From contig CANLTI010000023.1 of NCBI GenBank assembly GCA_947494095.1, forward strand, positions 123 to 64,122: a stretch of 64,000 nucleotides of DNA, given 5' to 3'. Position numbers and translations under genes: made by a program. The notes under the pieces are model-generated. The model saw nothing but the letters and a program-made list of their open reading frames with translations. It was not told the origin of the DNA and searched no databases. Positions 20,121-30,553 of the stretch are shown here, piece after piece. The stretch is from an uncultured Pseudomonadales bacterium (GTDB lineage: Bacteria; Pseudomonadota; Gammaproteobacteria; Pseudomonadales; Cellvibrionaceae). Each line of letters starts with the position of its first letter. The first letter of the stretch is position 1.

Positions 20121-21363
20121 TATTACTCGCTGGGTGGTTCAGAGCCTGTAGCAAGGCGTGATCAAGCGCAGCGATCAGCGCCTCTATTTGACTGGCACCA
20201 TGCTTAGCACTTAACGTGATACGTAAGCGTGCCGTGCCTTTTGGCACCGTGGGTGGGCGTATAGCTCCCACCCAAAACCCAGCGGCCATTAAAGTATCGG
20301 CCACCGCCATCGTCTTTTTTTCGCAGCCTAAAACGATTGGCTGAATGGCCGTCTGCGAGGGCAGTAACGTCACCTGCTGCCAATGCGCGCTTTGCTGGCA
20401 ATGCGCTGCAACTCTGGTCGTAAAAATCGCAATATTACTGTTAAGCGCTGCTCTTAAGGCTGTGCTGTGCGCTATAAGCTGTAAGCTTTGAAGATTGGCT
20501 GCCGCAACGGCAGGTGGTAATGCCGTGGTATAAATGTACGGCCGCGCAAATTGTATTAGCGTCTCAATAAGCGCCTCGCTACCTGCGACAAAAGCGCCAA
20601 AGCCCCCCACCGCCTTACCGAGTGTCGCCATATAAATAGGTACGTCTTGCTCAGTTAAACCAGCCGCTTGTACGCTACCTGCGCCCTTATCGCCCCTACA
20701 GCCAAAACCATGGGCGTCATCTACCACCAAAACGGCCTGATACTGTTTACACAGCGCAGCCATAGGCTCTAAAGGGGCGCAATTGCCATCCATACTAAAA
20801 ACGCCATCGCTTACCACTAATGAATGCGGTGGCGCTTTTTGCAGCAGCTGCTCTAAATGTGCTAAATCGCAATGGCGGTAGCGTATAAACTGCTTAACGC
20901 CGTTTTTAGCCGCCGCTAACTGACAAGCATCAATAATCGAAGCGTGATTAAGCTTATCGCACAAAATATGTTGCGCTTTACCCGCCAGCGCCGTGATGAG
21001 GCCAAGGTTAGCCATGTAGCCGTTCGAAAACAGCAAAGCCCGAGCACGACCGGTCATCTGAGCCAACGCTTGCTCGAGCGCATGATGATAATGACTGTGG
21101 CCACTCACTAAATGCGAAGCACCACTGCCTACCCCAAACTCATGCAGCGCTTGACCAGCAGCGGCTTTTACTTTGGGGTGCACACTTAAACCAAGGTAAT
21201 CATTACTGCAAAAATTAACCACCGGCATAGTACTGCCCGCTAATTGCTGCCCAAAAGACGTTTGATTGGCAATAGTTTTGCGTTGGCGATACCGATTAGC
21301 AGACTTTTGCTCAGCCAAGCGGTTTTGCAAATGTTGTTCAAACTTCACGTTTTTAGCGCTCAC
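20110..21363 (-). CDS. bioF: 8-amino-7-oxononanoate synthase
   Basis: NFCSNDYLGL, GSGASHLVSGH, DGVFSMDG, VDDAHGFG, TLGKAVG, IRPPTVP. Confidence 0.97.
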   Translation of the reverse strand: MSAKNVKFEQHLQNRLAEQKSANRYRQRKTIANQTSFGQQLAGSTMPVVNFCSNDYLGLSVHPKVKAAAGQALHEFGVGSGASHLVSGHSHYHHALEQALAQMTGRARALLFSNGYMANLGLITALAGKAQHILCDKLNHASIIDACQLAAAKNGVKQFIRYRHCDLAHLEQLLQKAPPHSLVVSDGVFSMDGNCAPLEPMAALCKQYQAVLVVDDAHGFGCRGDKGAGSVQAAGLTEQDVPIYMATLGKAVGGFGAFVAGSEALIETLIQFARPYIYTTALPPAVAAANLQSLQLIAHSTALRAALNSNIAIFTTRVAAHCQQSAHWQQVTLLPSQTAIQPIVLGCEKKTMAVADTLMAAGFWVGAIRPPTVPKGTARLRITLSAKHGASQIEALIAALDHALLQALNHPASNNDE

Positions 21364-21371
21364 AAAGGCAA

Positions 21372-22436
21372 TTAGTTCACTTCAAAAAAAGCCGCGTTGG
21401 CTTGTGCTTTTTGTGCTTGCGGCTCAAAGGTTTGCACAGCAGACGAGGCTGCCTGCTCAACACTTTTATTATCCACAAAAGCTTCTGGTTCTATCCCTAA
21501 GCGAGTAAATAATTGTCGGTCAGAGTGCGCTTCGGGGTTGGCTGTTGTTAACAGCTTTTCGCCATAAAAAATAGAGTTGGCACCGGCAAAAAAGGCCAGC
21601 GCTTGCATTTGATCATTCATGGTTTCGCGCCCTGCTGATAAGCGCACATGTGAAGCCGCCATCATAATGCGTGCTACAGCAATCGTACGAATAAACTCAA
21701 AAGGGTCTAAATCTTTTTCATTTTCCAACGGAGTACCCGCTACCTTCACCAGCATATTAATAGGGACTGACTCGGGGTGATCATCTAAATTGGCGAGTTC
21801 GACCAATAAACCGGCGCGATCTTTTTGCTCTTCGCCCATACCCACAATACCACCGCAGCACACTTTCATGCCCGCCTCTCGCACATTGGCTAAGGTATTG
21901 AGGCGGTCTTGATAGCTACGAGTCGTAATAATACAGCCGTAATATTCTGGCGAGGTATCGAGATTATGATTGTAATAATCAAGGCCGGCATCAGCGAGTT
22001 GCTTGGCTTGGCTTTTATCGATCATACCCAACGTCATACACGTTTCTAAGCCGAGGGATTTTACCTCTTTCACCATATCAGTGACGATCTCCATATCGCG
22101 GCCATTGGGTGAGCGCCAAGCTGCGCCCATACAAAAGCGTGTAGCGCCTTTTTCTTTAGCTTGCTTTGCCTCATCAATCACTTTTTGCACGGCCATCAAC
22201 TTTTCGCGCTCGAGCCCTGTGTTATAGCGTGACGCTTGTGGACAGTAGGCGCAATCTTCAGGGCAGGAGCCCGTTTTAATTGAGCAAAGCGTACTAACCT
22301 GAACCTGGTTAGGGTTAAAAAAGCGACGATGGATAGTGTGCGCCTGAAAAATCAGATCGTTAAAGGGCAAGTTAAACAAAGCAACCACTTCTTCGCGGTT
22401 CCAGTCGTGGCGGAGTAAATGAGCAGTCTCTGACAT
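21372..22436 (-). CDS. bioB: Biotin synthase
   Basis: [10 protein letters not shown] radical-SAM motif, [15 protein letters not shown]. Confidence 0.98.
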   Translation of the reverse strand: MSETAHLLRHDWNREEVVALFNLPFNDLIFQAHTIHRRFFNPNQVQVSTLCSIKTGSCPEDCAYCPQASRYNTGLEREKLMAVQKVIDEAKQAKEKGATRFCMGAAWRSPNGRDMEIVTDMVKEVKSLGLETCMTLGMIDKSQAKQLADAGLDYYNHNLDTSPEYYGCIITTRSYQDRLNTLANVREAGMKVCCGGIVGMGEEQKDRAGLLVELANLDDHPESVPINMLVKVAGTPLENEKDLDPFEFIRTIAVARIMMAASHVRLSAGRETMNDQMQALAFFAGANSIFYGEKLLTTANPEAHSDRQLFTRLGIEPEAFVDNKSVEQAASSAVQTFEPQAQKAQANAAFFEVN

Positions 22437-22587
22437 GGGTAAAGTCTCAAAAAAATCAAAAAAACGGGGCGAGTAGCGCTAAAAGCAGGCCTCTAAATAG
22501 CACTAAATGCAAATTAACGGCTTACTGAGCCCGCAAACGGCCTAAAACAGCTGAAATCATGCCGCCATATTAATTGGCTAGCAAGCG

Positions 22588-22620
22588 CTGTCAACTTTTG
22601 ACAAGGATTTAAGTTTACTA
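22588..22620. promoter_or_regulatory. BirA operator (bioO-like) in the bioB/comF divergent region
   Basis: TGTCAAC-N17-GTTTACT; the reverse complement TAGTAAACTTAAATCCTTGTCAAAAGTTGACAG resembles the E. coli operator (TTGTAAACCTAAATCTTTTCAATTTGGTTTACAA, recalled). Confidence 0.65.
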
Positions 22621-22623
22621 ATT

Positions 22624-23352
22624 ATGTTCAACTCAACGCTTAACCCTTTACTCAATAGCCTAGCGCTCATGCCACGATGCTATCTGTGTGGTCATACTTG
22701 CCAAAGCTATTGGGCGCTGTGCAATAACTGCCATCAAGCATTGCCGGCAGCGCCTAAAGGCTGCCCTACATGCGCTATGGCACTAGAGGCTAACAATACC
22801 TGCGGAGACTGCCTCAAAAACCCTAAACCTTATACCGCTAGCTATTGCTCGCTTAGCTACCAAAACCCTGTCAGCTATTTAATTCACGCATTCAAGCATC
22901 AAAATGCATGGGCCATTGGCCAGCATTTATGCCAGTACTGGCTCAACTGCAATTGGGCTGCCATTGAGCGTATTCACAGCCAAGCCAATACGCTGGTAGT
23001 TCCCGTACCCAGTCACAAAAAACCTATTATGGCGCGTGGCTACACACCAGCGAGTTATATCGCGCAATACTTAGCACGAGCCGCTCACTTACCCTATGCC
23101 TATTTATTGCGCAGCCACTTACACACGGCACAAAAAAGTCTGAATCGTGCCGAGCGCCTGCACAATTTAACCGGTATGTTTTTTACCGCCGACCACAGCA
23201 GTCAACAACCCTTATGCAAAGGGCAGAATGTTGTTTTAGTCGACGATGTTATCACCAGCTGTGCAACCGCCATCGCAGCCAGCCAGGTACTGCTGCACGC
23301 CGGTGCCCGCAGTGTTGAGGTCTGGGCAATTGCACGTACACCCATGCTTTAA
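22624..23352 (+). CDS. comF: ComF/GntX family phosphoribosyltransferase-like competence protein
   Basis: N-terminal CxxC..CxxC..CxxC..CxxC zinc-finger pattern, VPVP..RGY, VLVDDVITS..A PRTase motif; divergent from bioB as in Pseudomonas. Confidence 0.9.
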   Translation: MFNSTLNPLLNSLALMPRCYLCGHTCQSYWALCNNCHQALPAAPKGCPTCAMALEANNTCGDCLKNPKPYTASYCSLSYQNPVSYLIHAFKHQNAWAIGQHLCQYWLNCNWAAIERIHSQANTLVVPVPSHKKPIMARGYTPASYIAQYLARAAHLPYAYLLRSHLHTAQKSLNRAERLHNLTGMFFTADHSSQQPLCKGQNVVLVDDVITSCATAIAASQVLLHAGARSVEVWAIARTPML

Positions 23353-23705
23353 TATTATGTGCCACTGGACAGCCTTTCACCCTAAAGAATGAATGCGTTA
23401 AAATATTTTTTTAGCCAAAACAACTCAATTACAACCCAAAGGCTTGCGACAGCTTAATAATTCACGCGCCACACACTTATACTCGTGTAATAAATGAGCT
23501 GATAATTTAGATTCGACGTGATAGCCTTGCCACTTATGCCTGAATAAAAGCAATAAAACCTTTTTTAAAAGTTCAAAAAAGTATTGAATATTTAAAACTG
23601 TGTGCCTTTCATAGACAAAACCGTAGTTGTTTATACAATCGAATACTCAAATCAAGTACATGCTTTTGATAGCACCGCAGATAACAGCCTCGACAATTTA
23701 ACTCT

Positions 23706-25391
23706 ATGCCAATAATATCAATCACACTTGTGTTTATGCTCGGAGCAAGTCACTTACTCGGCATTGTTATGGGCGGGCAAGAGGCTATCGTTTTGTTTCC
23801 TTTTAGCCCACCCATTAGCCTCAACAGTAGCATTGCCTTTATTGCACTATCGGCCTCACTGGGTTTTAAAAAAAACAACCACATTAATCTTAGCCGTTTA
23901 TGCATTTGGTTAACATTTGCCAGCATCCCTATTGGCTTTTTACTCAATAGCGTAGGCCCATCGTCTCATTTTACGATTTTGCCTAGCGCAGCCATTTTAA
24001 ACAGCCTGTGCCTTGGGCTCATATGTTTTTTAATACTCAGTAACCGCACGCTCACTCGCACTCATATCCACCTATACGATGGTGCGCTTACGCTCTACAC
24101 CCTCATTCCACTACTGACATTATTTAGCTATATTTTTGACCCCAGTGCAATGTACAACAATTATGCCGAGTGGGTATTACCGGTACCCACAGCGCTGGGC
24201 TACCTTTTATTATTTTACGCACTGGTCAGTCAAACATACAGCAAGGGCGCAGCGGGCTTAATCACCAGTAAAAGTCACTATGCCAAAAACTTCCAACGAT
24301 TGTTTATCTTGGTACTGGTCATCCCGCTCAGCATTGGCTCAGGCTTAGCCTTAGCTGTTGACTTTGGTTATTTGCGCGCCGGTTTTGGTGCGGCTATATT
24401 TTGCTTATTATCGACCTTAATTATTGCTGCGGTGCTGGCTAACAATGCCATCGTACAATCGACCTGGCTTAAAAAGCTGCTGCGTGCGCAACAAAAAAAC
24501 GATGACTTACAACAGCATATCGGCGAAGTCTTAGAGCTCTCACCCGATGCCATCCTACTACTTAATAATACACTGGATGTTTTACATGCTAACAAAGGGG
24601 CCGTGCGCTTATTTGGCTGGGAGCAAAGCGCTTTACAACAGAGTAACTTTGGCACCCTTGTACCCAGTGATCACTACCTGCGCTTTGAGCGTTTATTTCA
24701 GCGATTTTTTCGTTCATCGCGCTTATCACTAACGCGCAATCGCCCTATCAACGTCACCATCACTAACCGCTTAGGTGATAAAATCCCAGTATCACTCAAC
24801 TTAAGCAAACGCCAGGCAAAAGGTGCTTCACATTTAGTCGCTGTACTGCGCAATAATAGTGATAACGCTAGCATCATCTCCAACTTGCAACAACAAATCA
24901 AAATTGATGCACTCACTGGGGCCGGTAGTCGTGTCGCCTTTAGTGAATACTGTCAAAAAATCACGCGTACTCAACGTAAAAGAGAAGACTTAATTGCTGT
25001 ACTGATTATCGATATTGATAACTTTAAAAGCATTAATGACACCTACGGACACCCAACGGGTGATCGAGTACTGCAAACGTTTAGCCACACCACACAGCAC
25101 TGCCTGCGCACAACCGATAAGTTATTTCGTATTGGCGGTGAAGAGTTTGCTGTAATCGCGACACACATTAATGCCGCGCAAGCACAATTGCTCGCCGACC
25201 GTATACGGACTATTATTAAGGCTAAACCCATGGTCGCAGGCCATAACAAGTTATATGCCACGTGCAGTATTGGCGTATGCTTATGCCAGCCGCGCAATAT
25301 TCAAAATGCTATAGCCGATGCCGATAAAGCACTTTACCAAGCAAAGCAAGAGGGTAAAGATCGCATCATAATTATCGATACTCAATCATGA
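23706..25391 (+). CDS. Membrane-bound diguanylate cyclase (multi-TM sensor, PAS, GGDEF)
   Basis: About 7 hydrophobic helices; PAS (SPDAILLL..ANKGAVRLFGW); DIDNFKSINDTYGHPTGD, RTTD I-site, GGEEF. Confidence 0.92.
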   Translation: MPIISITLVFMLGASHLLGIVMGGQEAIVLFPFSPPISLNSSIAFIALSASLGFKKNNHINLSRLCIWLTFASIPIGFLLNSVGPSSHFTILPSAAILNSLCLGLICFLILSNRTLTRTHIHLYDGALTLYTLIPLLTLFSYIFDPSAMYNNYAEWVLPVPTALGYLLLFYALVSQTYSKGAAGLITSKSHYAKNFQRLFILVLVIPLSIGSGLALAVDFGYLRAGFGAAIFCLLSTLIIAAVLANNAIVQSTWLKKLLRAQQKNDDLQQHIGEVLELSPDAILLLNNTLDVLHANKGAVRLFGWEQSALQQSNFGTLVPSDHYLRFERLFQRFFRSSRLSLTRNRPINVTITNRLGDKIPVSLNLSKRQAKGASHLVAVLRNNSDNASIISNLQQQIKIDALTGAGSRVAFSEYCQKITRTQRKREDLIAVLIIDIDNFKSINDTYGHPTGDRVLQTFSHTTQHCLRTTDKLFRIGGEEFAVIATHINAAQAQLLADRIRTIIKAKPMVAGHNKLYATCSIGVCLCQPRNIQNAIADADKALYQAKQEGKDRIIIIDTQS

Positions 25392-25672
25392 ACGACACCC
25401 AAAATAGCCATACTCATGAGCCAGCGTCCTGGTTTGTTTACCTTGTACGCTGCAGCGACAACTCACTGTATTGCGGTGTTACTACCGATGTAAAGCGCCG
25501 AGTACTAGAGCATAATAATTGTCATAAAAAGGCAGCAAAATATACCCGTGCGCGTAGGCCAGTACAGCTTGTTCATTACATATTATGCAATGATAAAGTT
25601 GCCGCCTACCAACAAGAGTACGCACTCAAACGCTTGAGTAAAAAAGAAAAAGAACGCTTAATAGCACTTTAG
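25388..25672 (+). CDS. GIY-YIG nuclease family protein (UPF0213/YhbQ-like)
   Basis: WFVYLVRCSDNSLYCGVTTDVKRRVLEHN..KYTRARRPV; 4-bp overlap with the GGDEF gene. Confidence 0.92.
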   Translation: MNDTQNSHTHEPASWFVYLVRCSDNSLYCGVTTDVKRRVLEHNNCHKKAAKYTRARRPVQLVHYILCNDKVAAYQQEYALKRLSKKEKERLIAL

Positions 25673-25695
25673 AAGTACATCGAATATATTAAGTG

Positions 25696-25764
25696 ACAAT
25701 CTAACAATCTAACAATCTAACAATCTAACAATCTAACAATCTAACAATCTAACAATCTAACAAT
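25696..25764 (+). repeat. Perfect octamer VNTR (ACAATCTA)x8.6
   Basis: Eight perfect units at 25696-25759 plus ACAAT, ending 10 nt before ATG 25775. Confidence 0.98.
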
Positions 25765-25774
25765 TGAGAATATT

Positions 25775-26503
25775 ATGGGGCGAATACATTTTGTAGGCGG
25801 TGAGAAAGGCGGTGTTGGAAAATCGTTGACCTCGCGTTTATTGGCGCAGTATATTATTGATAACAAAAAAGCATTTATTGGCTTCGATACAGACCGTTCA
25901 CACGGCACCTTTTCGCGCTTTTATAGTCAATTTACTAGCCCGATTTTTGTCGAAGATTACGATAGCTTAGATAATATCATTACGGCTGCCGAGCAAAACC
26001 CCGACGCTAATATTATTGTAGATCTTGCGGCACAAACAGCCCGACATTTACATAAATGGATAGAAGACAGTGATATTTTTGGGATTTTTGACAGCCTAGG
26101 GTTTGATGTCTTCATGTGGCATGTCATGGATGATGGTGCAGACTCTGCTCGATTACTTAACACGCTACTCAAAACCTTAACCCAAAGCAGTTTGCAGTTA
26201 GTGGTGGTTAAAAACCTTGGTCGCGGCGAGCATTTTGAATGCTTTGAAGAGTCTGCCATTTATGAAAACGCGATAAAGCTCGGGGCTCACATCATTGAGC
26301 TGCCAGCACTGCATGCTCGTCTCACCCAAAAAGTCGACTTTAATAACAGTAGCTTTTGGGCCGCTGCAAACAACATTAATATTATGACGCTCACAGAGCG
26401 CCATCGCGTTAAAGTGTGGCTTAAGACTATTTATCAAGAGCTCGATAGTGTACTCAGCCATAACGCCAACCTTGCCAGTAGTACTTTATTCACAACAGAA
26501 TAA
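25775..26503 (+). CDS. ParA/MinD-like P-loop ATPase (often labelled 'mobilization protein'), no adjacent partner
   Basis: Deviant Walker A GGEKGGVGKS, FDTDRSH, IIVDLAA Walker B. Confidence 0.8.
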   Translation: MGRIHFVGGEKGGVGKSLTSRLLAQYIIDNKKAFIGFDTDRSHGTFSRFYSQFTSPIFVEDYDSLDNIITAAEQNPDANIIVDLAAQTARHLHKWIEDSDIFGIFDSLGFDVFMWHVMDDGADSARLLNTLLKTLTQSSLQLVVVKNLGRGEHFECFEESAIYENAIKLGAHIIELPALHARLTQKVDFNNSSFWAAANNINIMTLTERHRVKVWLKTIYQELDSVLSHNANLASSTLFTTE

Positions 26504-26509
26504 ACAATA

Positions 26510-27595
26510 CTAACAGCCCAATATTTGGGGCTCCCTTTCGAGGGTGATCCCAAAGCGCTGCTGTATGATCTCGGTAATGCGAGAGCTAGCATTTAACACG
26601 GCATTTAAAGCTTTCTTTTGAGGGTTTGTTAATACCAAAGCTTGCCTGTCATGTACTTTTAAGCCCTCAATATCAGCGCCTTTTAGCCCTGCTTTATCAA
26701 TCAGCCAAGCGGCGGGAATTTTAACCGTGCCGTCGGGCTGTAAATAGTGTGGAACCTCGCAATCAAATTCACTGCTCACTAAAACGGTTAAGCGCTCAAA
26801 CGCACAGGCATCAATAATAGGGTTTTTAAAAAAGCTACCGCTATTGGGTATTTGCTGAGGGTTTGGCAGCTTGCTATTGCGCTGCATACACACCACATCA
26901 AATATCCGCTGTGCACTCACGGGGTTTAACTTAAAGTGATCAGCTAAAGGCTTATAGTCGATCACAGGGCAAGCCTGTGTACTAAGGCGCAGAGTAATTT
27001 GCGTAATCACAGCTCGGCCTTTAAGCGTCTGCTTAAAAATACTACCTCGGTAAGCCAACTCACATTCAGCGGCACTAAAGGTATGATAAATGCCTGTCTT
27101 GCAATCTAACCATTTAACCGTGACAAGAACATCAGCCAACTCAACCCCATAAGCACCAATATTTTGAATAGGCGCTGCGCCTACACTCCCTGGAATTAAA
27201 GCTAAATTTTCTAACCCAAAATAACCATTGGCTAAGCTCCAAATAACCAATTCATGCCAGTTTTCACCCGCATTTACAGTCACTAAAACCTCATCAGCGT
27301 CAGTTCTTTTTACCTCGCTTTTTACCTCAATGCCCTTTAAGGCAGGCATCAATACCAAACCGTGAATATAAGGCTGACATAACACATTACTACCGCCACC
27401 CAAAATATGGAGGGCTAAGCGATGCTGCTGAGCCGTCTTAATGGCGTTTTCGAGCTCAACTTCATCACTAACAGCGATAAAATATTCTGCAAGGCAAGGC
27501 ACGCCCATCGTATTTAAATGACTAATATCGAACTGGTGTTTAAATTGAGAAAGCAACATACAATTATTTAATGAATCCAAAGGCTGCGCGTCCAC
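26510..27595 (-). CDS. murB: UDP-N-acetylmuramate dehydrogenase
   Basis: LGGGSNVL, GLENLALIPGSVGAAPIQNIGAYG, PNSGSFFKNP, HDRQALVL, LEREP. Confidence 0.97.
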   Translation of the reverse strand: MDAQPLDSLNNCMLLSQFKHQFDISHLNTMGVPCLAEYFIAVSDEVELENAIKTAQQHRLALHILGGGSNVLCQPYIHGLVLMPALKGIEVKSEVKRTDADEVLVTVNAGENWHELVIWSLANGYFGLENLALIPGSVGAAPIQNIGAYGVELADVLVTVKWLDCKTGIYHTFSAAECELAYRGSIFKQTLKGRAVITQITLRLSTQACPVIDYKPLADHFKLNPVSAQRIFDVVCMQRNSKLPNPQQIPNSGSFFKNPIIDACAFERLTVLVSSEFDCEVPHYLQPDGTVKIPAAWLIDKAGLKGADIEGLKVHDRQALVLTNPQKKALNAVLNASSRITEIIQQRFGITLEREPQILGC

Positions 27596-27610
27596 TCATC
27601 GCGCTAGTGA

Positions 27611-28090
27611 TCACGACTGTTGATCCAGCAAAAACGCCAGTAAGCCTTCACTAGCATCTTCCACTAAATCTAATACGCGCTCAAAACCCTCTTCACCACC
27701 GTGATAAGGGTCGGGGACTTCCGTTTCACCGTCTTTAGCAAAATCTAAAAACAATCCCAAATGCCCCGTAAAGTGGCTAGGGCAGAGCTCACGTAAGTCT
27801 TGTAAATTATTATTATCCATCGCCAAAATCACATCAAACTCATCAAAGTCTTGCACTCTGGCTTGGCGAGCTCGCAAAGCATTAAGCTCATAACCCCGCT
27901 TGCGCGCCGCTTGCATACTGCGACTATCGGGCGCTTTACCGGCGTGCCAATTTGCAGTGCCAGCAGAGTCAACTGCAATGCGCTGCGCTAAAGCACGCTG
28001 CTCCACTAGCTGCTCAAAAACACCGTGCGCGGTTGGCGAGCGGCAAATATTCCCCAAACACACAAATAGTACTTTTTGTGATTTCATCAT
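27611..28090 (-). CDS. Low-molecular-weight protein-tyrosine phosphatase
   Basis: VCLGNICRSPTA P-loop, DSAGT, VPDPYHG. Confidence 0.95.
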   Translation of the reverse strand: MMKSQKVLFVCLGNICRSPTAHGVFEQLVEQRALAQRIAVDSAGTANWHAGKAPDSRSMQAARKRGYELNALRARQARVQDFDEFDVILAMDNNNLQDLRELCPSHFTGHLGLFLDFAKDGETEVPDPYHGGEEGFERVLDLVEDASEGLLAFLLDQQS

Positions 28091-28117
28091 AATCTCTTTG
28101 CTATCGCTTTAATGGCA

Positions 28118-28885
28118 TTAAGCCTTTAGTAGTGAATTCACGCGATCAACATCTTCTTGTGTGTCGACGCCGGCAGGTACTGCCTGACAAGCTTGCGCCA
28201 CATGAATGCGCTGCCCGTTCGCCAAAATACGCAATTGCTCTAACTTTTCAATGGCTTCAAGCTGCGCCATAGGCCACTCAATAAATTGATGTAGCAAGCC
28301 CACCCGATAACCATAAATACCAATATGACGCATAGCGCCGCTAACCACAGCATTTGCCTGTTGCGCGCCGCTCACCGAGGTGTATGAGTCACGCGCCCAA
28401 GGCATAGGGGCACGAGAAAAGTACAGGGCTAAACCCTTATTATCAGCCACCACTTTTACCGCGTTAGGATCAAAAAGCTGGTGAGTGCTGTCAATAGGCC
28501 AGCTTAGCGTTGATGCACTGGCTGCAGTATTAGCGGCTAAATTATTCGCGACTTGGTTAATCACTGCCGGGGGCATCAACGGCTCATCCCCTTGAACATT
28601 CACTACAATTTGATCTGATGACCATTGATGTATAGCGGCCACTTCTTGTAAGCGGTCTGTGCCCGACTCATGATCATTGCGTGTCATGCATACATTACCG
28701 CCAAAAGCCTTAACCGCCGCCGAAATGCGCTTATCATCCGTAGCCACCAGCACTTGGCTAGCCTCACTTTGACACGCAGCACGATACACATGCTCAATCA
28801 TAGGCCGTCCAGCAAATGTCATTAATGGCTTGCCTTCTAGGCGCGTTGACGCGTAACGCGCCGGAATAACAACAATAAAACCCAT
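28118..28885 (-). CDS. kdsB: 3-deoxy-manno-octulosonate cytidylyltransferase
   Basis: [42 protein letters not shown]. Confidence 0.97.
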   Translation of the reverse strand: MGFIVVIPARYASTRLEGKPLMTFAGRPMIEHVYRAACQSEASQVLVATDDKRISAAVKAFGGNVCMTRNDHESGTDRLQEVAAIHQWSSDQIVVNVQGDEPLMPPAVINQVANNLAANTAASASTLSWPIDSTHQLFDPNAVKVVADNKGLALYFSRAPMPWARDSYTSVSGAQQANAVVSGAMRHIGIYGYRVGLLHQFIEWPMAQLEAIEKLEQLRILANGQRIHVAQACQAVPAGVDTQEDVDRVNSLLKA

Positions 28886-28955
28886 AGCACTCTCACTTTT
28901 AGTACTTTAATTTTTAGTACTTTAACTTTTAGTACTCTCACTGTTAAAAGGCGTA

Positions 28956-29996
28956 TTAGCGACTTATTTTAGCGGGCTCAAATAAGTCGCAATGCTGAAT
29001 AATACGATGCAGTAAATCTTGTGGTAAATTGGCCTCTACACTGAGATACCACCAATTTTCTTCGGCAAAGCGCTGGCATTTAATCGCATCTTTCGCGGTC
29101 ATCACAACTGGCAGACCATTGGCCAAGGCAAAATCTTGCGTGCTAAAGGCATGGTGATCTGGAAAGCTTAGAGGCTCAAAAAAAACCCCTAACCGTTGCA
29201 ATGTACTAAAAAAACGCGCGGGATTGCCAATGCCTGCAACGGCTAATACGCGTTGTTTAGTACCGGTTTCACCCCGCCAAGGCAGTGCTGTTAGCGCTTG
29301 ACACAAACCCGTTTTAACATTGATCCAACCGGCCGGTTTTAAACGAAAGCTATGACTAAAATCTTTTGAATCAACATCTTCAGCGCAATTATGTAATACA
29401 TAGTCAACCGAGTTTAAGCGCTCTGGCAACTCGCGCAAAGGGCCGACAGGTAAACACCAACCATTACCCGTACCGCGACTAGCATCTTGCACTACTAGCT
29501 CAAAACTACGCCCCATTTTATAATGCTGTAAACCATCATCGGCCAAAATCACATTACAACCGGCATATTCAGCCGCTTTGACCGCCGCTACGCGATCAGT
29601 GGCTATCCATACGGGACAATCGCTTTTTTGAGCTATTAATGCAGGCTCATCGCCATACGTTTGAGCGTCTGCGCCAAAAGGTAGCGAGTGTACAAGACCA
29701 TCAGTGGTAATGCTCGCACCATAACCGCGCGAGACGATACCCGGCATAAAACCGGCATCTTTTAAGGCTTTAGCCAGCGCAATAATAACAGGGGTTTTAC
29801 CGGTACCGCCGAGTGCAATATTGCCCACAACTATCACGGGGCAAGAGGCCGTGTAAGCCTTGCGCTGTTGGCGTTTTTTGCGCAGCTGACTCAAGCCTAA
29901 AAACACACCACTCAATGGCGCCAAAGCATAGAGCCATGTTGGCTTGTTATACCATTGACGCTCGACAGATTGTTGAATTTTTTGCAGTGTACTCAA
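28956..29996 (-). CDS. lpxK: Tetraacyldisaccharide 4'-kinase
   Basis: VGNIALGGTGKTP, VSRGYG, GDEP, DDGLQHY, PVGPLRE, AGIGNPARF, FPDHH. Confidence 0.96.
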   Translation of the reverse strand: MSTLQKIQQSVERQWYNKPTWLYALAPLSGVFLGLSQLRKKRQQRKAYTASCPVIVVGNIALGGTGKTPVIIALAKALKDAGFMPGIVSRGYGASITTDGLVHSLPFGADAQTYGDEPALIAQKSDCPVWIATDRVAAVKAAEYAGCNVILADDGLQHYKMGRSFELVVQDASRGTGNGWCLPVGPLRELPERLNSVDYVLHNCAEDVDSKDFSHSFRLKPAGWINVKTGLCQALTALPWRGETGTKQRVLAVAGIGNPARFFSTLQRLGVFFEPLSFPDHHAFSTQDFALANGLPVVMTAKDAIKCQRFAEENWWYLSVEANLPQDLLHRIIQHCDLFEPAKISR

Positions 29997-30116
29997 TGTA
30001 AAAACCTAACGTTTATTGACCCATTTTGCATAATGAAAAACCAAAAAAATACGCCACATAAAGTGGCGTATTTAAGGTTGTTTATTCGATATTCACGAAC
30101 GACGATACGCCAAAAG

Positions 30117-30542
30117 TTATTCCCCTTCGGGCCTTTTTGTCGTCATGGTAATATTCACAAAACCTACACGCCCAGCAACATCCATAGCGGTAATAACCGC
30201 TTGGTAACTCACATTGGCATCGGCGGTAATCACAAAAGGCACTTTATCTTTTTGCAAACCCGTGCCAACCGCCTCGAGCCCAGCCATCAAAGTGTTTAAT
30301 TTTGAATTAACCAACGGTTTACCGTTAATCGAGTAGCCGCCTTGGGCGTCAATTAGCACCTCAATCTTGTCGACAAGTTCGGGTAGAGGTTCGCCCTCAG
30401 CTTGGGGGAGATCGAGCTTTAAGTGAGTCTCTTTGGTAAAAGTCGTCGATACCATAAAAAAGATCAGCAACAAAAACACGACATCGATCAACGGCGTTAA
30501 GTTGATATCTTCTTGATGGTTGGTTTGCCTTCTAAATTGCAT
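30117..30542 (-). CDS. exbD: ExbD/TolR biopolymer transport protein
   Basis: INLTPLIDVVFLLLIFFMVSTTF. Confidence 0.93.
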   Translation of the reverse strand: MQFRRQTNHQEDINLTPLIDVVFLLLIFFMVSTTFTKETHLKLDLPQAEGEPLPELVDKIEVLIDAQGGYSINGKPLVNSKLNTLMAGLEAVGTGLQKDKVPFVITADANVSYQAVITAMDVAGRVGFVNITMTTKRPEGE

Positions 30543-30553
30543 AGCGGCCTCGC

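Noticed and set aside
25388-26503. GIY-YIG + ParA-like ATPase as a defence or mobile module
   Set aside because: The GIY-YIG is the short housekeeping UPF0213 type, and there is no integrase, att site or compositional anomaly.
28886-28955. No ycaR/Trm112-like gene between lpxK and kdsB
   Set aside because: Only 70 bp, filled by a 15-bp tandem repeat. Simple loss or relocation; relatives are needed to judge it.
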